64,000 bases of DNA from Malacoraja senta (lineage: Eukaryota). The first letter of the stretch is position 1; each line of letters opens with the position of its first letter. The notes below the pieces were generated by a model that searched no databases, was not told where the DNA came from, and saw only the letters and a list, made by a program, of their open reading frames with translations. This document shows positions 23,089 through 36,342 of the stretch, piece after piece. Location of the stretch: contig CM075993.1 in the NCBI GenBank assembly GCA_038087875.1, forward strand, positions 9,550,001-9,614,000, read 5' to 3'. The position numbers and the translations under genes are program-made.

Positions 23089-24266
23089 CAGGGCTGGCCT
23101 TAAGCCGAGTGGACCGATTGCTCCCAATTGGGCCCCGCGCCTAAGGGGGGCCCCGCACTAGAGTAATCCAAAGCTCCGCGCTAGGATCTTTGGAGTAATC
23201 TACTCTCAGCTCGGGTAGATCTACCCCGGGTGGAGGGGGGAAAGAGGGGTGGAGAGAGAGTAGAGGGGTGGAGGGGGAAGAAAGTGGTAGACAGGGAGGG
23301 CGGTGTATGGGGGAATGTAGAAGAGGGAGAGGGGGAGGTCCCTCGTGGTCCCAGGGCAGCGCTCCCGCCCCTCCAGTCGCCATGCTTCACGCACACAGCC
23401 CCGGCTCCACCCCTCTCTCTCCCCGGGGAGACGCGGTGAACAATACACGGAGGGCCGGGCCGGGGTTTGGAGCAACGTTTACAAACCCCGGCCTCAGCTC
23501 ACACGCGTTCGCCCGGACCCCGGCATCCGCTCCCGCCGCCGGCCCTCTCCCTCCCTTCTCCTCTTCCCTTCCCTCCCTTCCCTTCTTCACTCCCTCCCTT
23601 CTCTCCTTCCCTCCCTCCTCTCCTTCCCTCCCTCCTTCCTCTCTCTCTTTTCCCTTCTCTCCTTCCCTCCCTCCCTTCTTTCTCCCCTTCCTTCCCTCCC
23701 TCCCTTCTTTCTCTACTTCCCTCACTCCCTTCTCTCCTTCCTCCCTTCTCTCCCTCCCTCCCTTCTCTCCTTCCCTCCCACACACACACATAACGCACAG
23801 ACAACTAACATACACACACACACACAACTAAGTTAGGAAGGGTTAGAAGCCCAAAGGGTAGGATGGGGCTGAACCCAAAATTTAATGCCTGGACTGGTTT
23901 TTCGCCAATAGATATTGGTTTGCCAAGATCTAGTTAATTAAATTATTTGTTTTTCATTTCACAGTCACTAAAACAAGGGGTATTGTAACTATGTACTTTT
24001 CAGAGGTGATCTACACATTTTGTTTGCTACTTGTAGGCTTACATGTATGCAATTATATATTAAAATGTAGCTTAGATCTATTTGGTCCATTAACTCGCAG
24101 GCACTGTTTAAGCGCACATTTTGATTACTTTCCATTCTACCATAGAGATATAAAGTCTATAATAGGCTTTATTTGTGTTTCTATGATTCTACAGACCTTG
24201 GCTGGGAACCTGGGGCTCACCAAAATTGTTCCCAATTGGGCCCCCCTTCTCCTAAGGCCGGCCCTG
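23089..24266. mobile_element. Non-autonomous hAT DNA transposon
   Basis: TIRs CAGGGCTGGCCTTA / TAAGGCCGGCCCTG; 8-bp TSD attctact (23081-23088, 24267-24274); internal CT-rich tract 23545-23780. Confidence 0.88.
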
Positions 24267-24494
24267 ATTCTACTCCTCTAAAGAGGGTGGTGTTGCCTTC
24301 CCATGGATTCCAGTGGGCTGTAACACAGAATGTGTAATCTTCACAGTCAGAGAGGTGTCTGTAGTCCTATTATCCCAGTAGTCAGTGCAGAATGGAAAGC
24401 CAGCAGGATTCCATTCATTATTCCATTCCATTATTGTCATGTGTCTTATCCGGGGCACATGACAATAAACTCTCTTGAATCTTGAATCACTATC

Positions 24495-24900
24495 GATCTG
24501 CTGTGGCAGTAAGCAAATTGAAGTGGGTTCAGGTCAATACTGAGGCAGGAGTTGATTTTGCACCACAACCAATCTCTCGAAGCACTTCATCACAATGCGT
24601 GTGTAGGAAGGAACTGCAGATGCAGGTTTACACTGAAGATAGACACAAAATAACTCAGCGGGACAGGCAGCATCTCTGGATAGAAGGAATGGGTGACGTT
24701 TTGGGTCGAGACCCTTCTTCACAATGGTGTGAGTGCCACTGTTCAGTAGTTGTTGAGGCATGTCACCTTGCTCTTCTTGGGAACCAGCATGTTAAATGTC
24801 TTTCCGAAGGAAGCAGGGACGTCCGATATGGCTACCTGTTGGTCGAGTTTCTGTATTGCCAGCAAGATTCCTTCATCCAGTAGTTTTATTCCACCCAGCC
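24495..24900 (-). mobile_element. Degraded Rex/Babar-like RT fragment with an inserted Penelope end (~24600-24722)
   Basis: Minus-strand IVMKCFERLV motif; tcacaatg is duplicated around the Penelope piece. Confidence 0.5.
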
Positions 24901-25112
24901 CTCCACCAAGGCTGTTGTTGTCAACCACCTCAATTAACAATTGAACGTAGATCCTATACGCATCTGTAGTGAGACATCACTCCATTTACCCTGACGATGC
25001 GATTGACAAACTGTTTATCGCTTTGTCATGCTCATGAATTTCTATTGTCAGGAAATCTTGTGCTCTGGAGTTTAAATAACTTGTTTCTATTATGCACTGT
25101 ACCATTCGGGAC

Positions 25113-25465
25113 GACAGATGGCGCAATGGGCTAAGTGTTCGGCTGGCAACCGGAAGGTAGCCGGTTCAAATACCGCTTGGAGTGCATACTGTCGTTGTGT
25201 CCTTGGGCAAGAAACTTCACCCACCTTTGCCTGCGTGTGAATGTGTGTGAATGTGTGTGAATGTGTGTGAGTGACTGGTGGTGGTCGGAGGGGCCGTAGG
25301 CGCAGATTAGCAGCTACGCTTCCGTCAGTCTGCCCCAGGACAGAAGTAGCTCACCACCACCGAGTGTGACTGAGGAGTGAATGAATAATGCGATGTAAAG
25401 CGCCTTGAGTATTAGAAAGGCGCTATATAAATCCCATCCATTATTATTATTATTATTATTATTAT
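25113..25465 (+). mobile_element. tRNA-derived CORE-type SINE with L2-like tail
   Basis: A/B-box-like head, gtcgttgtgtccttgggcaag core, tgtaaagcgccttgag...aggcgctatataaat then (att)n. Confidence 0.78.
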
Positions 25466-26046
25466 TCCCTCCATTCCGCTGCCTCTTTCAAAGCTGTTCT
25501 GACAATATTTTCTGCACAGGTGCCTCTGAGATTTTTTCCTTCTTAAACCATGGCTTCCCCTCTACCATAGCTAAGAGTCCTTTTGCATGCACCACTGTTT
25601 CCGCCCTGTGTCTCTGAACTGAACTAAACCAAACTAAATTCCCAGCTGGTGGACAATACCGCTCACCCCCAACAGACTGGTTCCACCAAGATGCAGTACA
25701 GAATTTACCGCTGGATGCTTTCTCAGGGAAATACTTTATAACATTGTCAGATCAACTGCTACTTCAATATCATCTGTGATCTGGATGTGCAGTTTTGGCC
25801 TCAACATTGAAAAGGCATGCAAACAGATCTACACTCTGATAAAATGGGAAGATGAGGCTGGAATTCCAACCGTCGAGGAAGAAGAGAGGACAAAAATCAG
25901 AACAATAACCCAGTTAGCATGACAGGGCAACAAGACACTTCATAACAATCACAGTGATTAGGCAGGAGAAGGCATTCTGCCACTCAAGCTTGCCCTGCTA
26001 TTCAATAAGATCATAGCGATCTGTACCTCAACGTTTTTCTGCCTGA

Positions 26047-26588
26047 AGGGCCTGTCGCACTTGGGCGACCTAATCCGCGAGTTCTGGCGAGTTTGTCCTC
26101 GACTCATACTCGCAGCATGGTCGACACGAGGTCGTGGGAGGTCTTCGTAACTCTCCTTCATGCTCGAGAGTGGTCTCCGCGTACTTGAGGCCTCAGCTAG
26201 GTCGCGGCATTTTTTTCAATATGTTAAAAAATGCTCGCAAGTTAAAAAAGGTCACCATGGAAAAAATCAATACTTTTTTTACTCGTAGGTTTAGTTGTAG
26301 TAGGTCGTAGTAGGTCGGCATGTTAGTCATAGGTAATCGAGGGTAGTCAAAGGTATTCGTAGATAGTCGTAGATAGTCTTCATCATAGTTGAAGGGAGGT
26401 CGAAGGAGGTCGTCTTCACTCTCCACTATTCGGTGTCTAATTTTCCGGAAGTTAGTCGTAGCTAGTTGAAGCTGGTCTTCAACATAGTCGAAGGAGGTCT
26501 TCTGCATAGTCCAAGGAGGTCTTCAACATGTCATTTTTTCAAACTCTTCTAAACTCGCCAATTAAGTCGCCCAAGTGGGACAGCCCCT
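26047..26588. mobile_element. MITE of the GTCCCACT-TIR (Harbinger-like) group
   Basis: agggcctgtcgcacttgggcgacctaat / attaagtcgcccaagtgggacagcccct. Confidence 0.78.
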
Positions 26589-26974
26589 TTACCTAAAGAT
26601 TCTGATGTAGACAGCTATTTATGCCACTTTAGAAAGCACAGAAGGATACAAACTAAGACCTTCAGACCTGCTTCACCATTCAACACAATCATGGTTGAAC
26701 ATTCATTTCAGTACCACATTCTCATGTTTTTCTCTTTGCATTAAGGAATATGTGTAAAGATGAACACAAAGTGTTGGAGCAACTCAGCGGGTCAGGCAGC
26801 ATCTCTAAAGTAAACTGAAGGGTCCAGACCCGAAACGATACCCATCCTTTATCTTCAGAGATGCTGAGTTATTCCAGCACTTTGTGTCTATCTTTGGTCA
26901 AAACCAGTATCTGCAGTTCTTTGTATCCACATGGAATATGTCTACAACATTATTGAATATATTTAATGACTTCA

Positions 26975-27840
26975 ATACAATACAATACAATACAATTTAT
27001 TTTGTCTTTTGGACAAATTTGTCATTTGGACCCCTTGAGGTCCAAACGAAATGTCGTTCTGCAGCCATACATTACAAAACGAAAAAAGACCCGAGACACA
27101 ACACAATTTACACATACATGCATCACAGCGCTGTGATGGAAGGCAAAAAAAACGTCTTTCCACTGCACTCCCCCCCCCCCCTGATGTCAGAGTCAAAGTC
27201 AAAGCCCCCGGCGGGCGATGGTGATTATCCCGCGGCCATTAAAGCCACGCCGGTTAATGCAGGGTCGCGCACCGGGTCTTGTTCTTAGAGCCCCGGCGCG
27301 CGCTCGCAAAGTCCGGCTGCCATTCCAAGCCGCGCGGGGGGATAAAGCCCCGCTCCAGGTGCTCTTCAACCCCGCAACTCGGGCAGGAGAAGTCGCCGCT
27401 GCGGAAGCCCCGAAAAGCGGTCTCCCACCAGGGGACCCGCGGGCTTCCAGTGTTGCCGTCCGCCAGACCCACGGTTGTAGCCTCCGAATCTCCGGGGATC
27501 GGGTCGCAGCAGCGCTCCACCACAGCTCCACCCGCTCCGGACTCGGCCAGCCCCGTGACGGTGAGTAGTCCGCAGCTCCACAACTGGGGCCCCAGGTCGT
27601 TCCTGCTGGAGGCCGCTCCACGTTGCCCAGCCCCAACGACAACGGAGACCCGACAAAGAAAAGGTCGGGTCTCCCGTGCAGGGGAAAGATTTTAAAGTTC
27701 CCCCCCACACCCCCACCCCCACCCCCCCACACACATACCCCGACAAAATATTAATAAAAAACTACATAAAAACGAGACAAAAATAATAAAAGACAGACGG
27801 ACTGCAGAGGCCGCTGCAAACAAGAGTGGCGCCGCCCACC
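26975..27840 (-). mobile_element. GC-rich interspersed repeat related to 5135-5850
   Basis: Same layout on the minus strand (GC core, T-rich linker, catcacag/ctgtgatgg hairpin); (caata)n at the 3' end. Confidence 0.55.
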
Positions 27841-27899
27841 GATACCTACAATGCCGTCTCTGGTGGACAATTCCAACTTTCAGTGGCACAGCCGGTAGA

Positions 27900-28180
27900 A
27901 CCAAATGTAATATCGGGAGCTCGCGGGTCCGGGTGAGAGACCGCTTTCCGGAGCTCCCGCAACGCAACTTCTCCCGCCCGTGTTGGAACGACCCGGAGCG
28001 GGGCCATAAATCGCCCAGCACGGCTTTAATGGCCGCGGGACATTCCAGCGCCCGCCGGGGGCTCCAACTTGTGACTTTTGGGCCCGGAGCGAGGAATTGT
28101 TTTGTTTGTATGGCTGTGGAAACGGAGTTTCGTTTGAGCCTCTTTGAGGTTCAAATGACATGAAGAAATAAAATCATCAT
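27900..28180 (+). mobile_element. GC-rich repeat fragment, same family as 56019-56300
   Basis: Shares gggaca.ccagcgcccgccgggggctcc and gtatggctgt.gaaac.gagt.tcgtttgagcctc. Confidence 0.55.
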
Positions 28181-28281
28181 CAAAATCTTTCTGTGAAATC
28201 GCCTCCTCTCATTTCTTCCACTTCCAATGAATATGTACCTAACCAACTCATTGTCTCCTCCTTCATCAGCCATGCTGCCCC

Positions 28282-28470
28282 AAGGTAGACAAAAGTGATG
28301 GAGAAACTCAGCGGGTGCGGCAGCATCTATGGAGCAAAGGAAATTGGCAACGTTTCGGGCCGAAACGTTGCCTATTTCCGTCGCTCCATAGATGCTGCCG
28401 TACCCGCTGAGTTTCTCCAGCACTTTTCTCTGCCTTCAATTTTCCAACATCTGCAGTTCCTTCTTGAATA
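28282..28470. mobile_element. Palindromic (tail-to-tail) Penelope terminal repeats
   Basis: Arms 28282-28358 and 28360-28436 are imperfect reverse complements around one base at 28359. Confidence 0.8.
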
Positions 28471-28691
28471 TTGCTGTCCCAAGAATCAGTCCGATGAAAA
28501 TTTGTTGCTCTCTGTTCATGAAAAGAAAATCATCCCTTATGTAAGAAGACGAAAACTGGATACAAAATTCCTGATGGAGCCTCATCAAAGCACTGTCCAG
28601 CTGCAGCAAGACATGCTTGCTCTTGAACTCACAACCCTGTCATTTGCTTTTCTACCTGCTTGCTGCACTTGAACCTGAACACTTGAATGGA

Positions 28692-28982
28692 ACGGTGGCG
28701 CAGCGGGAGAGTTGCTGCCTTACAGCACCTGAGACTCGGGTTTAATCCTGACTACGGGTGCTGTCTGTACGGAGTTTGTACGTTCTCCCCATGACCTGTG
28801 TGGGTTTTCTCTGAGATCTCCAATTTCCTTCCACAATCCAAAGACGTTTGTAGGTTTGTAGGTTAATTGTAAATTGTCCCTAGTGCGTTTAGGATTGCGT
28901 TAGTGTGCGGGGATCACTTCTCGGTGTGGACTCGGTTGACCGAAGGGCCTGTTTCCGTGCTGTATCTGTAAACTAAACTAAA
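28692..28982 (+). mobile_element. HE1-type SINE
   Basis: acggtggcgcagcgg head; gagtttgtacgttctcccc body; (taaac)n tail. Confidence 0.82.
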
Positions 28983-31900
28983 GCTTGCTTTCAACAACTG
29001 CTGCACACATACAGCCAGATTATGATGCTTCTTTCCGTTTCCATTTAGATAATAATCTGGTTTTTATAATCAACATTTAGCAACGTTAAATATTTGCCAT
29101 GCATTTTCCCAATCACACAACTAGTCTATATCACTTTGAGCCTCTTTGCATCCAACTCACGGCTTATGTGCCCTCTCCAGCTTAGAACTGTCGGTAAACT
29201 TGAATTGAATTCCCTCATCCAAACCATTGATGTTCAGTATGTGATACTGTAGTGTAAACACTAATCACTGCAGAAAGATGGCATCTGCAGAGTTCGAGTT
29301 ATGAGGAGAGACTGGATAGGTGTTTTTTTCTCTCTAGAGGCTGAGGAAGCTGAGGGGAGACCTTGCAGAGATTTTTAGAGTAATGTGAGGCATAGCTGAG
29401 TTACTCCAGCATTTTGTGTCTATCCTTGCTTAGTTGTTGGCCATGAACTGTGTACAGGGCTAGAAAGAAACTACAGTGAAAGACTAATAATCCACTCGCT
29501 GACTATTTGTGTATCCTGATGATTTAACATCTGGCTCATCAGATGATATTTGCCACTCTCCTTCCCACACAGTGAGATGGCAGTTTGCATGTTCCCTTTA
29601 AATATCCCCAGTTTACTGGAAAGTACATTATAGTATCATGCACTATCTATATAATTAAAAGTCTAAACTTGACCACTTCCTGTTTGCACTGTATACCGAT
29701 TTTAGTAAAAACGCTACCACTTACGGCTGTGATTTTTGGTCATCTTACTCAGAGTCCTCCTCCAGCTGTCAGGGCCAGAGGATTTTTCTCATCGATGAAA
29801 AATTAAAGACTTATTAATGTTTTAAAAATGTTGAGATTCTCTCTCCTGTCAATCACACCATGAAGGCCACGCCCCCTCCAATGGCAGGGGAGGGACTATA
29901 AAACCCAGCAGTGTGGACATGCCTCAGTCTCTGCAAGATGGGGGAGTGAGAGGTCACGACTCTCAGTCTGAGCTGTGAATAACACTGAACACATGTCTAC
30001 TAAACTGTGAGTGTAGTTTTACTGACCTGTGAGTGCCCTTAATGTGGTTTGAAAATGAAGTTTGAAAATGAAAATGTGGTTGGTTTGAAAATGAAAATGT
30101 GGTTGGTATGAAAATGAAAATGTGGTTGGTTTGAAAATGAAAATGTGGTTGGTTTGAAAAAGAAAATGTGGTTGGTTTGAAAATGAAAATGTGGTTGGTT
30201 TGAAAATGCGGTTGGTTTAAAAATGTGTTTGGTTTGAAAATGAAAATGTGGTTTGAAAATCTATAATATTAAAAGTCTAAATTTGACCACTTCCTGTTTG
30301 CACTGTATATTGATTTTACAAAAAATGCTACCACATACAGCTGCGATTTTTGGCCATCTTACTCAGAGTCCTCCTCCAGCTGTCAGGGCCAGAGGATTTT
30401 TCCCATCGATGAAAAATAAAAGACTTATTAATGTTTAAAAAATGTTAAGATTCTCTCTCCTGTCAATCATGCCAGGAAGGGTACGCCCCTCCCGGTGAGA
30501 GGTGGGAGGGACTATAAAATCCGGAAATGTGGACGTGCCTCAGTCTCTGCAAGATGGGGGAGCAAGAGATCACGATTCTCAGTCTGAGCTGTGAATAACA
30601 CTGAACACATGTCTACTAAACTGAGTGTGGTTATACTGACCTGTGAGTGCCCTTAATGCAGTTTGGAAATGAAGTTTGAAAATGAAAATGTGGTTTGTTT
30701 GAAAATGTGGTTGGTTTGAAAATGAAAATGTGGTTGGTTTGAAAATGAAAATGTGGTTGGTTTGAAAATAAAATGTGTTTGGTTTGAAAATGAAAATGTG
30801 GTTGGTTTGAAACTGAAAATGTGGTTGGTTTGAAAATGTGGTTGGTTTGAAAATGTGGTTGGTTTAAAAATGTGGTTGGTTTGAAAATGAAAATGTGGTT
30901 GGTTTAAAAATGAAAATGTGGTTTGATAATGAAGTTTGACAATGAAAATGTGGTTTGGAAATGAAGTTTGAAAATGAAAATGTGGTTGGTTTTAAACTGT
31001 GGTTGGTTTGAAAATATGGTTGGTTTGAAAATGTGGTTTGTTTGAAAATGTGGTTTCAAAATCTATTTAATTAAAAGTCTAAACTTGACCACTTCCTGTT
31101 TGCACTGTATATTGATTTTAGAAAAAACGCTACCACTTACGGCTGTGATATTTGGCCATCTTACTCAGAGTCCCCCTCCAGATGTCAGGGCCAAGGGATT
31201 TTTTCCATCGATGAAAAGTAAAAGACTTATTAATTTTTTTAAATGTTGAGATTCTCTCTCCTGTCAATCACGCCATGAAGGTCACGCCCCTTCCGGTGGG
31301 AGGGGGAGGGACTATATAACCCGGAAGTGTGGACGTGCCTCAGTCTCTTTAAGATGGGAGAGCGAGAGGTAACGACTCTGAGCTGTGAATAACACTGAAC
31401 ACTGAACACATGTCTACTAAACTGTGAGGGTGGTTTTACTGACCTGTGAGTGCCCTTAATGTGGTTTGAAAATGAATCTTGAAAATGAAAATATGATTGG
31501 TTTGAAAATGAAAATGCGGTTGGTTTGAAAATGAATATGTGGTTCGTTTGAAAATGTGGTTTGAAAATGAAAATGTGGTTTGAAAATGAAAATGTGGTTG
31601 GTTTTAAAATGTGGTTGTTTGAAAATGTGGTTGGTTCAAAAATGAAAATGTGGTTTGAAAATGAAAATGTGGTTGGTTTGAAACGGGTTAGTTTGAAAAT
31701 GTGGTTGGTTTAAAAATGAAAATGTGGTTGGATTGAAAATGTGGTTGGTTTTCAAATATGGTTGGTTTGAAAATGTGGTTGGTTTGAAACTGGTTGGAAA
31801 ATGAAAATGTGGTTGTTTTGAAAATGTGGTTGGTTTAAAAATGTGTTTGGTTTGAAGATGTGGTTGGTTTGAAAATGTGGTTGGTTTGAAAATGTGGTTG

Positions 31901-34900
31901 GTTTGAAAATTAAAGTGTGGTTGGTTTGAAATGAAAATGTGGTTGGTTTGAAAATGAAAATGTGGTTGGATTGAAAATGAAAATGTGGATGGTTTGAAAA
32001 TGTGTTTGGTTTTAAAATGTGCTTGGTTTGAAAATGTGGTTGGTATAAAAATGAAAATGTGGTTTGATAATGAAGTTTGAAAATGAAAATGTGGTTGGAT
32101 TGAAACTGGTTGATTTGAATATGTGGTTGGTTTGAAAATGTGGTTTGTTTGAAATTGAAAATGTGGTTTCAAAATCTATATAATTAAAAATCTAAACTTG
32201 AACACTTCCTGTTTGCACTGTATATTGATTTTAGAAAAAACGCTACCACTTACGGCTGTGATTTTTGGCCATCTTACTCAGAGTCCCCTTCCAGATGTCA
32301 GGGCCAGGGGATTTTTTCCATCGATGAAAAATATAAGACTTATTAATGTTTTAAAAATGTTGAGATTCTCTCTCCTGTCAATCACGCCATGAAGGTCACG
32401 CCCCTTCCGGTGGGAGGGGGAGGGACTATATAACCCGCAAGTGTGGACGTGCCTCAGTTTCTTTAATGATGGGAGAGCGAGAGGTAACGACTGTCTGAGC
32501 TGTGAATAACACTGAACACTGAACACATGTCTACTAAACTGTGAGGGCGGTTTTACTGACCTGTGAGTGCCCTTAATGTGGTTTGAAAATGAATCTTGAA
32601 AATGAAAATGTGGTTGGTTTGAAAATGAAAATGTGGTTGGTTTGAAAATGAAAATGTGGTTCGTTTGAAAATGTGGTTTGAAAATGAAGATGTGGTTGGT
32701 TTTAAAATGTGGTTGTTTTGAAAATGTGGTTGGTTTAAAAATGAAAATGTGGTTTGAAAATGAAGTTTGAAAATGAAAATGTGGTTGGTTTGAAAATATG
32801 GTTGGTTTGAAAATGTGGTTGGTTTGAAACTGGTAGGAAAATGAAAATGTGGTTGTTTTGAAAATGTGGTTGGTTTGAAAATGTGGTTGGTTTGAAGAAG
32901 TGGTTGGTTTGAAAATGAAAATGTGGTTGGACTGAAAATGTGGTTGGTTTGAAAATATGGTTGGTTTGAAAATGTGGTTGGTTTCAAACTGGTTGGAAAA
33001 TGAAAATGTAGTTGTTTTGAAAATGTGGTTGGTTTGAAGATGTGGTTGGTTTGAAAATGTGGTTGGTTTGAAAATGAAAGTGTGGTTGGTTTGAAATGAA
33101 AATCTGGTTGGTTTGAAAATGAAAATGTGCTTGGATTGAAAATGAAAATGTGGTTGGTTTTAAAATGTGGTTGGTTTTAAAATGTGGTTGGTTTGAAAAT
33201 GCGGTTGGTATAAAAATGAAAATGTGGTTTGATAATGAAGTTTGAAAATGAAAATGTGGTTGGTTTGAAACTGTGGTTGGTTTGAAAATGTGGTTGGTTT
33301 GAAATTGAAAATGTGGTTTCAAAGTCTATATAATTAAAAATCTAAACTTGAACACTTCCTGTTTGCACTGTATATTGATTTTAGAAAAAACGCTACCACT
33401 TACGGCTGGGATTTTTGGCCATCTTACTCAGAGTCCCCTTCCAGATGTCAGGGCCGGTTTTTTTTTTCATCGATGAAAAATATAAGACTTATTAATGTTT
33501 TAAAAATGTTGAGATTCTCTCAGCCTGTCAATCACGCCATGAAGGTCACGCCCCTTCCGGTGGGAGGGGGAGGGACTATATAACCCGGAAGTGTGGACGT
33601 GCCTCAGTCTCTTTAAGATGGGAGAGCGAGAGGTAACGACTCTGTCTGAGCTGTGAATAACACTGAACACTGAACACATGTCTACTAAACTGTGAGGGCG
33701 GTTTTACTGACCTGTGAGTGCCCTTAATGTGGTTTGAAAATGAATCTTGAAAATGAAAATGTGGTTGGTTTGAAAATGAAAATGTGGTTTGTTTGAAAAT
33801 GAAAATGTGGTTCGTTTGAAAATGTGGTTTGAAAATGAAAATGTGGTTGGTTTTAAAATGTGGTTGTTTTGAAAATGTGGTTGGTTTAAAAATGAAAATG
33901 TGGTTTGAAAATGAAGTTTGAAAATGAAAATGTGGTTGGTTTGAAAATGTGGTTGGTTTGAAAATATGGTTGGTTTGAAAATGTGGATGGTTTGAAAATG
34001 TGGTTGGTTTGAAGATGTGGTTGGTTTGAAAATGAAAATGTGGTTGGACTGAAAATGTGGTTGGTTTGAAAATATGGTTGGTTTGAAAATGTGGTTGGTT
34101 TGAAACTGGTTGGAAAATGAAAATGTAGTTTTGAAAATGTGGTTGGTTTGAAGATGTGGTTGGTTTGAAAATGTGGTTGGTTTGAAAATGAAAGTGTGGT
34201 TGGTTTGAAATGAAAATCTGGTTGGTTTGAAAATGAAAATGTGGTTGGATTGAAAATGAAAATGTGGTTGGTTTTAAAATGTGGTTGGTTTGAAAATGCG
34301 GTTGGTATAAAAATGAAAATGTGGTTTGATAATGAAGTTTGAAAATGAAAATGTGGTTGGTTTGAAAATGTGGTTGGTTTGAAGAAGTGGTTGGTTTGAA
34401 AATGAAAATGTGGTTGGACTGAAAATGTGGTTGGTATGAAAATATGGTTGGTTTGAAAATGTGGTTGGTTTGAAACTGGTTGGAAAATGAAAATGTAGTT
34501 GTTTTGAAAATGTGGTTGGTTTGAAGATGTGGTTGGTTTGAAAATGTGGTTGGTTTGAAACTGAAAGTGTGGTTGGTTTGAAATGAAAATCTGGTTGGTT
34601 TGAAAATGAAAATGTGGATGGATTGAAAATGAAAATGTGGTTGGTTTTAAAATGTGGTTGGTTTGAAAATGCGGTTGGTATAAAAATGAAAATGTGGTTT
34701 GATAATGAAGTTTGAAAATGAAAATGTGGTTGGTTTGAAACTGTGGTTGGTTTGAAAATGTGGTTGGTTTGAAAATGTGGTTGGTTTGAAATTGAAAATG
34801 TGGTTTCAAAGTCTATATAATTAAAAATCTAAACTTGAACACTTCCTGTTTGCACTGTATATTGATTTTAGAAAAAACGCTACCACTTACGGCTGTGATT

Positions 34901-36167
34901 TTTGGCCATCTTACTCAGAGTCCCCTTCCAGATGTCAGGGCCGGGTTATTTTTTCCATCGATGAAAAATATAAGACTTATTAATGTTTTAAAAATGTTGA
35001 GATTCTCTCAGCCTGTCAATCACGCCATGAAGGTCACGCCCCTTCCGGTGGGAGGGGGAGGGACTATATAACCCGGAAGTGTGGACGTGCCTCAGTCTCT
35101 TTAAGATGGGAGAGCGAGAGGTAACGACTCTGTCTGAGCTGTGAATAACACTGAACACTGAACACATGTCTACTAAACTGTGAGGGCGGTTTTACTGACC
35201 TGTGAGTGCCCTTAATGTGGTTTGAAAATGAATCTTGAAAATGAAAATGTGGTTGGTTTGAAAATGAAAATGTGGTTCGTTTGAAAATGAAAATGTGGTT
35301 CATTTGAAAATGTGGTTTGAAAATGAAAATGTGGTTGGTTTTAAAATGTGGCTGTTTTGAAAATGTGGTTGGTTTAAAAATGAAAATGTGGTTTGAAAAT
35401 GAAGTTTGAAAATGAAAATGTGGTTGGTTTGAAAATGTGGTTGGTTTGAAAATATGGTTGGTTTGAAAATGTGGATGGTTTGAAAATGTGGTTGGTTTGA
35501 AGATGTGGTTGGTTTGAAAATGAAAATGTGGTTGGACTGAAAATGTGGTTGGTTTGAAAATATGGTTGGTTTGAAAATGTGGTTGGTTTGAAACTGGTTG
35601 GAAAATGAAAATGTAGTTGTTTTGAAAATGTGGTTGGTTTGAAGATGTGGTTGGTTTGAAAATGTGGTTGGTTTGAAACTGAAAGTGTGGTTGGTTTGAA
35701 ATGAAAATCTGGTTGGTTTGAAAATGAAAATGTGGTTGGATTGAAAATGAAAATGTGGTTGGTTTTAAAATGTGGTTGGTTTTAAAATGTGGTTGGTTTG
35801 AAAAAGCGGTTGGTATAAAAATGAAAATGTGGTTTGATAATGAAGTTTGAAAATGAAAATGTGGTTGGTTTGAAACTGTGGTTGGTTTGAAAATGTGGTT
35901 GGTTTGAAAATGTGGTTGGTTTGAAATTGAAAATGTGGTTTCAAAGTCTATATAATTAAAAATCTAAACTTGAACACTTCCTGTTTGCACTGTATATTGA
36001 TTGTAGAAAAAACGCTACCACTTACGGCTGTGATTTTTGGCCATCGTACTCAGAGTCCTCCTCCAACTGTCAGGGCCAGAGGATTTCTCCCATCGATGAA
36101 AAATAAAAGACTTATTAAAGTTTTAAAGATGTTGAGATTCTCTCTCTTGTCTATCACGCCATGAAGG

Positions 36168-36342
36168 CCACGCCCCTTCCGGTGGGAGGGGAGGGGCTAT
36201 AAAACTCGGAAGTGTGGACGTGCCTCAGTCTCTGCAAGATGGGGGAGTAAGAGGTCACGATTCTCAGACTGAGCTGTGAATCACACTGCACACTGAACAC
36301 ATGTCTACTAAACTGTGAGTGTGGGTTTACTGACCTGTGAGT
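36168..36342 (+). promoter_or_regulatory. Representative promoter, first exon and splice-donor cassette of a Helitron head
   Basis: CCACGCCCC 36168-36176, CTTCCGG 36176-36182, TATAAAA 36198-36204, CGGAAGT 36207-36213, Inr-like TCAGTCT (A at 36227), CAAGATGG, GTGAGT at 36315 and 36337. Motif-based only. Confidence 0.5.
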
